Source: an uncultured delta proteobacterium (lineage in GTDB: Bacteria; Desulfobacterota; Desulfobacteria; Desulfobacterales; Desulfatirhabdiaceae). From it: a stretch of DNA of 64,000 bases. The notes under the pieces are model-generated. The model saw only the letters and a list, made by a program, of their open reading frames with translations. It was not told the origin of the DNA and searched no databases. Positions 20,923-31,552 of this stretch are shown piece by piece. The stretch is taken from positions 224,001 through 288,000 of the forward strand of contig CAWBKP010000012.1 of NCBI GenBank assembly GCA_963789395.1, given 5' to 3'. Every line of letters starts with the position of its first letter. The stretch's first letter is position 1. Position numbers and translations under genes: made by a program.

Positions 20923-22499
20923 TTAAGAGGTAAAGCATAGAGAAGAATGCGGGCATGTCAATTTCAGGACGCCGACAGCGTCTTCGATTGCCCGCAACAG
21001 GGTTCCGGATCGGATCAGCGACACCATGTGCCCGATATCTGTCGCCAGCACCCGGTCCTCATCCAGAAACGGAATTATTTCGCGGATCATCCGGTACGCC
21101 ACGCGGGTCCCCTCTCCTGCCGCAAGACGCTGCTTTTCGGTCAGTAGATCATAGGCCTGGGCCGCGCACAGCATTTCAACCGCCAGGACATGCTCCACAT
21201 TGTCAAGAATCTCCCGGCACTGGCGGATGGCGATCGTACCCATGGAAACGTGATCCTCCTTGTTGGCGGATGTGGGAATCGAATCCACGCAGGCCGGATG
21301 CGCCAGGACCTTGTTTTCCGAGACCAGGGCCGCGGCCATGTACTGGGCAATCATGAATCCGGAATTGAGCCCGCCGTTTTTGACCAGAAATGCGGGCATC
21401 TCGCTGAGCTGCGGGTTGACCAGCCGCTCGATTCGCCTTTCAGAAACATTTCCCAGCTCGGCAATCCCCATGGACAGGTAGTCGGCCGCCATGGCAATGG
21501 GCTGTCCGTGGAAGTTGCCGCCCAGACGGATCTCTTCGGTATCCGTAAATATCAGCGGGTTGGTGGTGGTCGAATTGATTTCGATGTTCACGACATTTCC
21601 GGCGTGAATCACGGCGTCCTTGCTGGCCCCGTGAATCTGGGGGGAGCATCTTAATGTATAAGCATCCTGCACTCTGGCGCAACCCTGCATGGGAAAGGAT
21701 AATCTGGCTGTTTTGGGTCAACCGCAGCATATTCCCGGCAGAGGCTATCTGCCCGGGATGGGGCCGTACCTGATGAATCCGGGGGTCAAACTCGGAACTG
21801 CTACCCATGAGCACCTCAAGGCTCATGGCGCAGGCCACATCCGCCAGCTTTGCCAGTCGGACGGCATCATGCACAACAAGGGCCGCAATACCGGTCATCA
21901 CCTGGGTGCCGTTGATCAGTGCCAACCCTTCGCCAGCCTCCAGAACCAGCGGCGTCAAGTCCGGCCTTCTTGAGGGCCTGGGCGCCATTCATGCGCTCTC
22001 CCTGAAAAAAAGCCTCGCCCATGCCGATCAAAACCAGGCCGAGATGGGCTGTGGGTGCCAGGTCGCCGCTGGCGCCAACAGATCCTTTTTCCGGAATCAC
22101 CGGCGTTACGCCGCGATTTAAAAAGGTCACCAGATGGCTGAGGGTCCGGTTGGTGCAGGCGGAGTATCCCATGTAAAGATCGTGGAGACGAATGGCCATG
22201 ACGGCGCGGACCACATCTTCCGGAAGCGGGTCTCCGACGCCCGCGGCATGGCTCATGAGAATCTTCTGCTGCAGGGCGCGCGTGTCAGCTGCGGATATCG
22301 TGACGTTGCACATGGCGCCAAAACCCGTGGTAATGCCGTAGATCACTTTTTCTTCCCGGACCCACCTGGCAATGAGCTCCGCTGCTTTTTCAACACGCGC
22401 AATGCCTTCCGGAGAGACGCAGACCGGAACACTGCCGCGGGAAATCGCCACCACGTCATCGATGGTTATCGTTTCTTTGTCAATTTCGATAGGATGCAT
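20923..22499 (-). CDS. hutH: Histidine ammonia-lyase; frameshifts near 21960 and 21690
   Basis: YGITTGFG, LMSHAAG (Ser-His specificity pair), GSVGASGDLAP (MIO triad), EGLALINGT, QDAYTLRC, GGNFHG and SANKEDHVSMG. Confidence 0.93.
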
Positions 22500-22530
22500 A
22501 GTGTGCAACTCTTCCTTCAGCCTTCGGTCT

Positions 22531-23173
22531 TCAGCTTTCAGCTTTTATTAAAGCTGCATCCACCATTAGTTCGACTTCATCAATGGACGCATCGATTCTT
22601 GACAAAATCAAGGCAACTTCCGTGCGGCAGGTTGCCGCAAAAACCGGATCTGCGATCCCACCCAAATTGATGCGCACGTTGTAGGCCGCAGCATACGCGG
22701 CAGTTCGAACCAGTTGGGCGGCGGTGCCGGCATCGGTGATGCAATTGACATTTCCTTTTTCCACCGCCTCTTTTACATGATCAGCCAGTTTCAGGGTATG
22801 CTGCAGAGTTTCCAGAGGGACCTCTGCGGCCTTCCGGTTAGCCAGCTCAATGGCTGTTTTTCGTGCCGACTTTTCTTCCGCGGTTTCCCTTGGCAGCCGC
22901 ATTGCGGCTACAACCTGATTATAGGCCTGGGTATCCGCATCCATCAAGCGCGACAAAACATTCAGCCAGAGGATCCGCCTGTTGCATCAGACTTTCCATA
23001 GCCTCCCAGCCGTCGCGGTATTTTTCCTTGCCATGGGTCAACCTGGCCACCATGGCGCAAAGTGCCGCGCTCAGCCCGCCGCAAAGGGCCGCAACACTGC
23101 CACCGCCGGGCGCAGGTGTAACAGAGGCCAGTTCCCGTAAAAATTCAGACACGGTCAAATCCGCAAGTTTCAT
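22531..23173 (-). CDS. Formiminotetrahydrofolate cyclodeaminase / methenyl-THF cyclohydrolase (FTCD_C), frameshift near 22960
   Basis: LASVTPAPGGGSVAAL, DADTQAY, KGNVNCITDA and NVRINL motifs. Confidence 0.88.
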
Positions 23174-24434
23174 CTGGCATTCCTTTCTGTGTTTATCTTT
23201 TCCCCTTTTTTAAATATCGCAACAACCGGCGAAACCCCGGCATGATACGCCAGAATGGCCGGGGACTCACCGTCCAGAATCAAAAAATCCGCCTGCTTTC
23301 CCTCAACCAGACTGCCGACACGATCAGCCATGCCGATGGCATGGGCGGCATTCAAGGTGGCGGCTGTCAGGGCTTCTTCGGGCGTCAGCCCCATATTCAT
23401 CACCGAAAGGCCAAAGACAAAGGGCATGGACTCCGTAAAACAGGACCCTGGATTGCAATCCGTGGCAATGGCAACCGGAACACCGGCTGTCGATCATGTC
23501 TCGTGCCCTGGCATAGGGCTTTTGCAGACTATAGGCAGTTCCCGGCAACAAAACAGCAAGCGTCCCCGACGTTGCCAGTCGCGCAATATTGACATCGCTT
23601 GCCGCAAGCAGATGCTCGGCGGAAACAGCCCGCAGTTCGGCTGCAAGCCCGGCTCCGCCCATGTCATGGACTTCATCGGCGTGAATTTTAAGCCCGAGTC
23701 CCGCAACGCCCGCTGCAGTTAGAATCCTTCGGCTCTGATCCACCGAAAATACGCCGGCTTCGCAGAATACGTCGCAATACCGGGCAATGCCCTGGCGGCG
23801 GACCGCCGGAATCATCTCCGTGATCAGAAGATCGACATACGCATCCGGGGCCTTCCGGTATGCTTCCGGAACCGCATGCGCTCCCATGAACGTGGCCACC
23901 ACGTCAAGCGGGGTCTTGCGGCGGACCTGGTCGATGACCGAAAGCATTTTGAGCTCAGTCGCGGTATCCAGGCCGTAACCGCTCTTGATTTCAAGCGTTG
24001 TGGTTCCGAATCGAAGGGCACACAGCGCATTTTCCAGCGTTGCCGCCAGAAGATCCGCTTCGGAAGTTCTCCGCACGGCATTCACCGACGAGAGGATGCC
24101 GCCGCCGGCCTTCAGAATGTCCAGATACGACGTGCCTTTCAGACGAAGTCCGAATTCCGATTCGCGTCTGACGGCAAAGCACATATGGGTATGGGGGTCA
24201 ACAAACCCCGGGATGACGCACCTTCCCCCGCAGTCCACTTCCTCATCGATTTGCCCGGAGTGCATGATCCGCAAGCACTTCGGACTCGGTGCCCATGCGT
24301 TCGATCAACCCGTCGCAAATCAGCATGGCCCCCTGCTCCAGGCTGCGAATCCGACCCTGGAAAATGCCGGCCAGAGGCTTGCCATTGTCAACAGGCGTAA
24401 AAAAACGCGCATTTCGGATGAGTTTACGAATCAC
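23170..24434 (-). CDS. hutI: Imidazolonepropionase; frameshifts near 24270 and 23490
   Basis: PGFVDPHTH, GGGILSSV, EIKSGYGL, DVFCEAGVF, HADE, SAEHL and ATLNAA motifs. Confidence 0.92.
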
Positions 24435-25351
24435 CGCTATCTCCCATCATCTCCAGCAGGCGCAGCTCGATCACCTGGCGGGTGTCAAAGCCGGCGATCT
24501 GCATGTAGTACTCGGTGCTGTTTAATAACGCCGCCGCCGGCACCATGCCGTAAACTTCGGTTTCAACGATCTCCACCCCCCAGCGCCGGGCCTCCATGCG
24601 CACAAATTCCTGAACCCGGTAAAGCGGATTCTTCTCGTGATCCACGATATTCAGACTGACCTGCACCATGCCGCGGTCTGCAAGCGGCAGGCCGATGCCC
24701 TTGACATGGCTGAAACCGCCGCCGGATGCGCGCGCGGCATTGGCAATGGCCTTTGCCACCTTCAAATCGCCGGTGTTCAAATTGACGTTAAACGCCACCA
24801 GAAACGGGCGGGCACCGATGACCGTTGCCCCTGCACTGGGATGGAGGAGCGGGCCGGCCCACGTCCGGATGGCGCTCCGGCCGGTTTATCTCGGTTTTCA
24901 AGACTTCGTACTGGCCTTTTCGAATCACTTCCAGTTTTTTCCGATCCGGATTTCGAGCCGCTTCTTCGTAATAATAGACGGGAATGTCCGGTTTCCGCAT
25001 GAAATCGGTTGCCGAATGCATGGGCCAGATCCACGCATTCGGCCATGGTGATGGCTTTGATCGGGGTAAACGGAATTACATCAATGGCGCCGATTCGCGG
25101 ATGCCCGCCCTGGTGCGTCTCCATATCGATATGGCGGCAACGAGACCCTGGCGGCTTCTATCAGGGCATCCTGAATCGGTTCTGGCTCACCGACCAGGCT
25201 GATGACCAGCCGGTTATGGTCCTTGTCCGCGCGGTCATCGAAGAGATAACAGCCCTTTTTGTTCCGAAAACAGCCCACGATGGCATCGATCACCTCAGGC
25301 CGACGGCCTTCACTGAAATTGGGAACGCATTCAATCAACGTACTTGGACAT
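24424..25351 (-). CDS. ftcD: Glutamate formiminotransferase; several frameshifts
   Basis: IECVPNFSEGRR, DKDHNR, HQGGHPRIGAIDVIPF, IRKGQYE, AFNVNL and VQVSLN motifs. Confidence 0.9.
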
Positions 25352-27400
25352 AATCATTTCATCCTCTCTTTTCCTAAACTGCAAATCCACAAGCGAGTCG
25401 ATCCACCCTTCATCCGGCACATAGGGGATCGTAATATGGTCGCCGGTCGGGTTGCTGGCATTGTATTCCATGGCAACCGACATGGCATTGGGGTTCCGGG
25501 CCCAGTTGCGGCGGGCCACTCCGCCCATCACATCCCAGGAAAGGGCCGAACGGATGATTTCGTCCACCCGCAGGCTGCCGTCCAGAACCAGCCCGAATCC
25601 GCCGTTGATGGCCTTGCCGATGCCCGTTCCGCCGCCGTTATGAAGCGCCACCAGCGACATGCCGCGGGCGCAGTTGCCGGCAAAACAGTGGGTTGCCATG
25701 TCCGCCGCCACGTTGCTGCCGTCCTTGATATTGGCGGTTTCCCGGAAAGGCGAATCCGTTCCACCCGGATCATGGTGATCGCGGCCGATCATGATGGGTC
25801 CGATTTCGCCGCTTCGGACCATTCGGTTGAAGGCAAGGGCGATATCCACCCGGCCCCTGGCATCCTGATAGAGAATTCTGGCCTGGGTTCCCACCACCAG
25901 CTGGTTCTTCTGGGCATCCCGGATCCAGTTGTAATTGTCCCGGTCCTCGCTGCGGCGGTCCGGATCGATGCAGGCCATGGCCGCCCGGTCGGTCCTGACC
26001 AGGTCATCCGGGTTTCCGCTGAGGCACACCCAGCGAAACGGGCCATAGCCATAATCAAAGATGGGTCCCATGACATCCTCGAAATATGAGGGAAAAATAA
26101 ATCCATCCTTGGTGTCTTTTTTGTTGCGGGCGATTTCCGTAACGCCGGCATCGATATACCGCCTTCATAAAGGCATTGCCGTAATCAAAGAAATATACGC
26201 CGCGATCCACCAGGATCTTGATAAGCTCGTAATGGCGTCGAAGGCTTTTGTCCACCAGCTGGCAGAATTTCTTCCGGTCGCTTGCCAGCATGGCTGTCCG
26301 TTCCGCGAAAGTCAGCCCCTGAGGGACAGTATCCGCCGCCATGGGCCACATGACAGGAAGTCTGATCGGACAGCAGATCGATCGGCACGTTTTCCGCAAC
26401 GGCATATTCCAGCAGATCCACCACATTGCCGCAAAAAGCGATGGAAAGCGGCGTCTTTCGCTTTTACTGGCTGCAAGGGCCCAGTCAAAGACCTGCTTGA
26501 GGTCGGCAGACATTTTTTGCACCCAGCCCTGATCGAGCCGGGTCTGGATCCTGGAGGCATCGACCTCGGCCACGATGGAAACCGCACCGGCAATCTTCCG
26601 CAGCCTTGGGCTGTGCGCCGCTCATGCCGCCCAAGGCCCGAGGAGACAAACAGGATGCCTTTCAGATCTCCGTCCTGCGATGCCTGGCATTTCAGGCGGC
26701 CGGCGTTCAGCAGCGTGTTATAGGTGCCGTGAACGATGCCCTGCGGGCCGATATACATCCATCCGCCGGCCGTCATCTGGCCATAGCTGGACACCCCCAT
26801 CTGGGCCGCCACCTCCCAGTCATCCTCGTTGTCATACACCCCGACCAGCAGGCCGTTGGTAATGATGACCCGCGGATTGTCGGGCTGGGACCGGAACAGC
26901 CCCAGCGGATGACCTGAGGCCATGACCAGGGTCTGGTCTTCGGTGAGAAGTCTCCAGATATTTTTTGATCAGCCGGTACTGCATCCAGTTCTGGCAGACG
27001 CTCCCGGTTTCCCCGTAAGTCACCAGTTCATACGGGTAGAGCGCCACATCAAAATCCAGGTTATTGTCGATCATGACCTGAAACGCCCTGCCAGCCAGAC
27101 ACCGGCCCTTGTAGGCATCCACGGGTTTTGCCTGGATGGCTCCGGGCGGACGGAAGCGGTAGCCGTAAATCCGTCCCCGGGTCATCAACTCGTTTAAAAA
27201 TTCCGGGGCCAGAACCGCATGCTGGCTTCCGGGACATACCGAAGCGCATTTTTCAAAGCCATCCGGGTCTGTTCCTCTGTCAGACGGAAACCGCGATCCG
27301 GCGCCCGGCGGATGCCCTTGACAAAATCCGGCATTTCAGGCAGTTCCGGGTCCAGTTTAATCGTCATGGCATCGAAGATATCATCATTGCTGATCATCAT
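25331..27400 (-). CDS. hutU: Urocanate hydratase, long (about 670 aa) form; at least 6 frameshifts
   Basis: GIRRAP..ALKNALRY, GRIYGYRFRP, MIDNNLD, PYELVTYG, YGQMTAGGWMYIGPQGIVHGT, SDQTSCH, FDYGYGPFRWVCLSG, GRDHHD and LHNGGG. Confidence 0.95.
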
Positions 27401-27432
27401 TGCCCCTTTCACTTTTCAGCGACGTCTAAAGC

Positions 27433-27481
27433 TGTATATACAACACTCAGCACATTAAAATCCAGCAGATTTGGTTGTCAA
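27433..27481 (-). promoter_or_regulatory. hut operon promoter (TTGACA 27481-27476, TTTAAT-like -10) with HutC operator TGTATATACA (27433-27442)
   Basis: Perfect TGTA-N2-TACA palindrome, the known HutC box pattern, between divergent hutU and hutC. Confidence 0.8.
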
Positions 27482-27608
27482 CGGGAAAATACCCCTCGAC
27501 TTCAATCCAAATCCCATGTATAAAAATTTAAAAATGTAACAGTTGTAATTCACCACCGTATATCCGACTGTTTTCTTAATCGACTTTCATCCGATCCCAG
27601 CGAACCGA

Positions 27609-28336
27609 ATGACCCCAAAATCTCCCAAATACGAAACCATCAAGCAGTTCCTGATTCATGGCATTTCTTCACGCACCTTCACCGATGCCATTCCATCGGA
27701 AAACCAGCTGGCGCAAAGATTCGGGGTGAGCCGGATGACGGCCAGAAGGGCGCTGGATGAACTTGAAAGAGACGGCTCTGTCGAGCGATATCCGGGCAAG
27801 GGAACCTTTGTCCGAAAGACCCAGCATTATACCCGCGGCTTTTTTCGGGTTCGGCCGTTTCGCAAATGGGCCGAAGACATCAATGTGACCCTGACCACCC
27901 AGGTACTGGAAGCCAGACTGATCGATCCGCCCAAGGATATTGCAGGGAAACTGCAGACCGATGGCCAGGTGGTATTGCTTCGCATTCTGAACTTTTTTGA
28001 CGACAAGCCGGTTCGCTATGCCATCCGCTACCTTGTTGCCGATCCCTGCGCCGGCATTCTTATGGGAGAATCTTGAACAGGAATCGATCCATGACATCCT
28101 GATCAATAAATACCGCCTGCCCCTTACCAAAATCAGCCAGAGCATGACCGCCATCGGCCTTTCGCCCGAACTTGCCCGTCTCTTTCAATGCGGAATCCGG
28201 CTATCCTGTATTTTATTTTCAGCGTCTGACCTATTCCTTCGACAGTCCCATTACCTATGTGGAATACTACATGCGCGGTGAGATGGCCTTTGACGACACC
28301 TTCACGCCGCAGTTGGACCACGCGGATTTTGTGTAA
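27609..28336 (+). CDS. hutC: GntR/HutC-family regulator with UTRA domain; frameshifts near 28060 and 28200
   Basis: IPSENQLAQRFGVSRMTARRAL..L...G...R.PGKGTFV wHTH; UTRA-like C-terminus; divergent from hutU. Confidence 0.8.
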
Positions 28337-28342
28337 ACCTCC

Positions 28343-29047
28343 TTAGTGTATCCCCAGGAAAACCTCAGCAAACCGTGAATCTTCGCGGGCCGCTGCGGCC
28401 TTACCCTGCCAGACGGTCCTGCCGGATTCCAGCACGCAGACGTCATCGGCAGCCGAAAGCGCCCGATCCGTGTTCTGTTCCACCAGAAGAATTCCCAGGC
28501 CGTCTTGTTTGAGTCTGTACAGAGATTCATAACACATATCGATCACCTTGGGCATCAGACCCAGAGACAGCTCATCGATCATGATCAGCCGGGGCCTTGC
28601 CATCAAAGCCCGCCCGATGGCAAGCATCTGCTGCTCGCCGCCGGAAAGGTTTCCGGCCGGAAGATCCAATCGCTCGGAAAGCCTTGGAAAAAGCGTGAGC
28701 ACATAGTCCCTGTCCTGGCTGAAACTGTTTTTCGGATGGATCACGCCACCAATCTTCAGGTTTTCCTCTACGGTCAACTCCTTGAAAATGCGTCGGCCTT
28801 CCGGGCATATGGCCAGACCCCGGCGAACCCGCTCGGAGGTCGGCAGCAGCCCGATGTCCTGTTTGTCCATAACGATGCGGCCTTCCAGCAATGATACGTG
28901 CCCGGCAATGCACATCAACAGGGATGATTTCCCGGCACCGTTCGGACCCAGAAGCGCCGTGATCGTTCCGGGCAGAACATCCAGCGAGACGCCTCTTGCC
29001 GCCACAAAAGCGCCGTATCCGCAACTTAGGTTTTCAATCGAGAACAT
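28343..29047 (-). CDS. Branched-chain-type (HAAT) ABC ATP-binding protein, LivF-like
   Basis: GPNGAGKS, PEGRRIF, LSGGEQQMLA and LLVEQN. Confidence 0.92.
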   Translation of the reverse strand: MFSIENLSCGYGAFVAARGVSLDVLPGTITALLGPNGAGKSSLLMCIAGHVSLLEGRIVMDKQDIGLLPTSERVRRGLAICPEGRRIFKELTVEENLKIGGVIHPKNSFSQDRDYVLTLFPRLSERLDLPAGNLSGGEQQMLAIGRALMARPRLIMIDELSLGLMPKVIDMCYESLYRLKQDGLGILLVEQNTDRALSAADDVCVLESGRTVWQGKAAAAREDSRFAEVFLGIH

Positions 29048-29819
29048 ATCGGTGTTTCTCCGCCTGGTCAGCTCCGCCGCCAAGATATGCGGATCTGACG
29101 GATGGATCGTTTATCACGGTCATCGGCTCGCCGTCTGCAATCTTGCAGCCATTGTCCATCACCAGCAGCCTCCGGCTGATACGCAGGATTTCCCCGAGAT
29201 TGTGCTCGATCAGGATGATGGTCAGCCCCTGCTGACAGTTGATATCAGAAATGGTGGATGCCAGCGCAGCTGCTTCCTTGGAGTTCAGACCGGCCAGGGG
29301 TTCGTCCAGCAGCAGAAGCCTGGGGCGCTGGGCAAGTGCCCGGGCCATCTCCAGGCGCTTTAACACCCCGAGAGGCAGAATGGCGGGACTCTGATCCGCG
29401 TACCCGGCAATATCAACGCGCTCCAGCATGGCGCGCGCAATCTTCTGTTCCGCAACCTGAGACAGGTTCAGCAGCGCGCCCATCGGGGACCGCGTTTTGG
29501 CATAGCCCGCAGCCAGAACAACATTATCCAGCACCGAAACCCGCCGGAACGGCTTGACGATCTGCTGCGACAGCGCCAGCCCTTTACGGATTCTTGCATC
29601 GATTGACAGCGCATCCAGGGAGTCTCCCGACAAGGTTATGTTACCGTCGTCCACCCTGACCACGCCGGTAATCGCGCGGAGCATCGTGGTCTTGCCGGCC
29701 CCGTTTGGACCGATCAACCCCAGCAGTTCCCCCTCCTGTACTTCAAAGGTCACATCGTCTATGGCCGTAACACCGCCGAAACGCACCGTAACGCCGGTTA
29801 CATTTAGCAGCGGATTCAT
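29034..29819 (-). CDS. HAAT ABC ATP-binding protein, LivG-like
   Basis: GLIGPNGAGKTT, LLDEPLAGL and LIEHN. Confidence 0.92.
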   Translation of the reverse strand: MNPLLNVTGVTVRFGGVTAIDDVTFEVQEGELLGLIGPNGAGKTTMLRAITGVVRVDDGNITLSGDSLDALSIDARIRKGLALSQQIVKPFRRVSVLDNVVLAAGYAKTRSPMGALLNLSQVAEQKIARAMLERVDIAGYADQSPAILPLGVLKRLEMARALAQRPRLLLLDEPLAGLNSKEAAALASTISDINCQQGLTIILIEHNLGEILRISRRLLVMDNGCKIADGEPMTVINDPSVRSAYLGGGADQAEKHRYVLD

Positions 29820-30673
29820 CGCTTTTTTTCCCCTTCATCCACCGGTGTCCGGAACCGCCTGGCTAAACCGGCCATTCCCGCCGGACTGAACCGCATCATG
29901 AGAAACAGCAATCCGCCATATACCAAAAGCTTGTAGTCGCCGATGAATTGAAACCAGGATGGCAGAACGCTCAGCAGCGCCGCTGAAATGGCCACCCCCG
30001 TAACCGATCCGATCCCGCCGACAACCACCATGGATAAAACGGTGATCGATTCCACAAAGCCGAAACTGTCCGGACCGATAAATTTGATATGATGGGCGTA
30101 AAGCGCACCGGCCAAGCCTGCCAGGGCTGTCCCGATTGCGAAAGCCGCCAGCTTGTAACGCGGAACATCGATACCCAGAACGCGGGTCGTGTCCTCATCC
30201 TCGGCAATGGCCCCAAAAACCTTGCCCATCCACGATTTTTGCAGATAAAAACTGAACAATGCCGTCGCCGCACAAAGCCCGATCGTCAGAACCATGAAAA
30301 CGGTCTTTGAAAGACCGGAATCGGGAATCGCCGAAACCCCCATTTCCCCGCCAAGAATTTCCTGCTGGCGAACAATGCCCACAAACAGGAATCCAACGCC
30401 CATCGTCGTGATGGCAAGAAAATCCTCCCGAACCCGGAGGCTGGTCAGCCCGACGACTAGACCGATCGCACCGGCCAGCAGCATCGATAGCGGCAAGGTG
30501 AAAAGAAACGGAATGCCGCTTTTTGCGGCCATTGCGGAAAAATAGGCTCCAATCCCGAGATAGGCCGCGTGCCCCAGACTGATTTGTCCGCAGAAGCCGG
30601 TGATCAGGTTCAGCGACAGGGCAAAAAGGACACTGATCCCCATGGAAATGAGCAGTGAGATTTCATATTCCAT
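29816..30673 (-). CDS. HAAT ABC permease, LivM-like
   Basis: GFCGQISLGHAA, LRVREDFLAITT and VVVGGIGS. Confidence 0.9.
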   Translation of the reverse strand: MEYEISLLISMGISVLFALSLNLITGFCGQISLGHAAYLGIGAYFSAMAAKSGIPFLFTLPLSMLLAGAIGLVVGLTSLRVREDFLAITTMGVGFLFVGIVRQQEILGGEMGVSAIPDSGLSKTVFMVLTIGLCAATALFSFYLQKSWMGKVFGAIAEDEDTTRVLGIDVPRYKLAAFAIGTALAGLAGALYAHHIKFIGPDSFGFVESITVLSMVVVGGIGSVTGVAISAALLSVLPSWFQFIGDYKLLVYGGLLFLMMRFSPAGMAGLARRFRTPVDEGEKKR

Positions 30674-30683
30674 TTTAGTTTCC

Positions 30684-31547
30684 TCACTTTCCGGCGAACA
30701 GCCCCTGGGGGCGAAGCATCAAAACAAGTATCAGAAAGGCAAAGGCTATGGCATTCCGGTCAAGGACCCTGCCGAGGTAAATCGTACCGAAAGCCTCGAT
30801 CACGCCCAGGACCAGTGATGCCAGAAGGGTGCCCCTGACGGAACCAAGCCCGCCCAGAACGATAATGGCAAGGGATTTGTACGATGGAACGCTTCCCATG
30901 GTCGGCTCTACCAGATTGTTCATAACCGATACCATCACTCCGGCCAGGCCAGCCAGGGATGAGCCGACAAAAAAGATGAGATACCGCACTTTCTGAAGGG
31001 AAATGCCGAAAGATTCCGCCATTTCTGGATCGGACACCGTTGCCCGGCTGGCAATCCCCATCCGGGTTCGGGTCTGAAGATAGCCAAGCATCGCAATGAT
31101 GGCGGCAGCCCCGATCATCACCGCAATTTCAACCTGCTTGAACCGGAGCGTTCCAAAAAGCATCACCTGGCCCTGCAGCGGCGGAACCAGATAGGTGAGT
31201 CCCGATGCTCCGAAGACAATCCGAAAAATTTCCTCCGCGGCGATGTACAGCCCGATGGAGGCGATCAGGGGAACAAACGGGGGCTGGGAGAGAATCGGCT
31301 GATAGCAGAGTCGGAACAGCGCCATACCCACCAGGCCGGAGATGATCATTGCGCAGGGAATTGCCAGTGCCAGGCTTCCGAAAAAATTGGCCAGTATGCA
31401 TCCGATATAGGCCCCCAGCGTAAAAACCGCCGCATGAGCCACGTGTAGGATTCTCAGCAGCCCATAGACCAGTGTCAGGCCCAGGGCAATCAGGGCATAA
31501 ATGCTTCCCTGAACCAGCCCCTGGGCGATGAGTTCAACGATCAGCAT
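30684..31547 (-). CDS. HAAT ABC permease, LivH-like
   Basis: YALIALGLTLVYG, IVLGGLGS and RPQGLF. Confidence 0.9.
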   Translation of the reverse strand: MLIVELIAQGLVQGSIYALIALGLTLVYGLLRILHVAHAAVFTLGAYIGCILANFFGSLALAIPCAMIISGLVGMALFRLCYQPILSQPPFVPLIASIGLYIAAEEIFRIVFGASGLTYLVPPLQGQVMLFGTLRFKQVEIAVMIGAAAIIAMLGYLQTRTRMGIASRATVSDPEMAESFGISLQKVRYLIFFVGSSLAGLAGVMVSVMNNLVEPTMGSVPSYKSLAIIVLGGLGSVRGTLLASLVLGVIEAFGTIYLGRVLDRNAIAFAFLILVLMLRPQGLFAGK

Positions 31548-31552
31548 GAATG

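Noticed and set aside
20923..22499. Ergothionase or Phe/Tyr ammonia-lyase instead of histidase
   Set aside because: The intact ASG MIO triad and the Ser-His specificity pair match histidine ammonia-lyase.
25331..27400. Programmed ribosomal frameshifting or phase variation in hut genes
   Set aside because: The shifts are too many, occur in varied contexts without consistent slippery sites or long repeats, and also affect unrelated genes.
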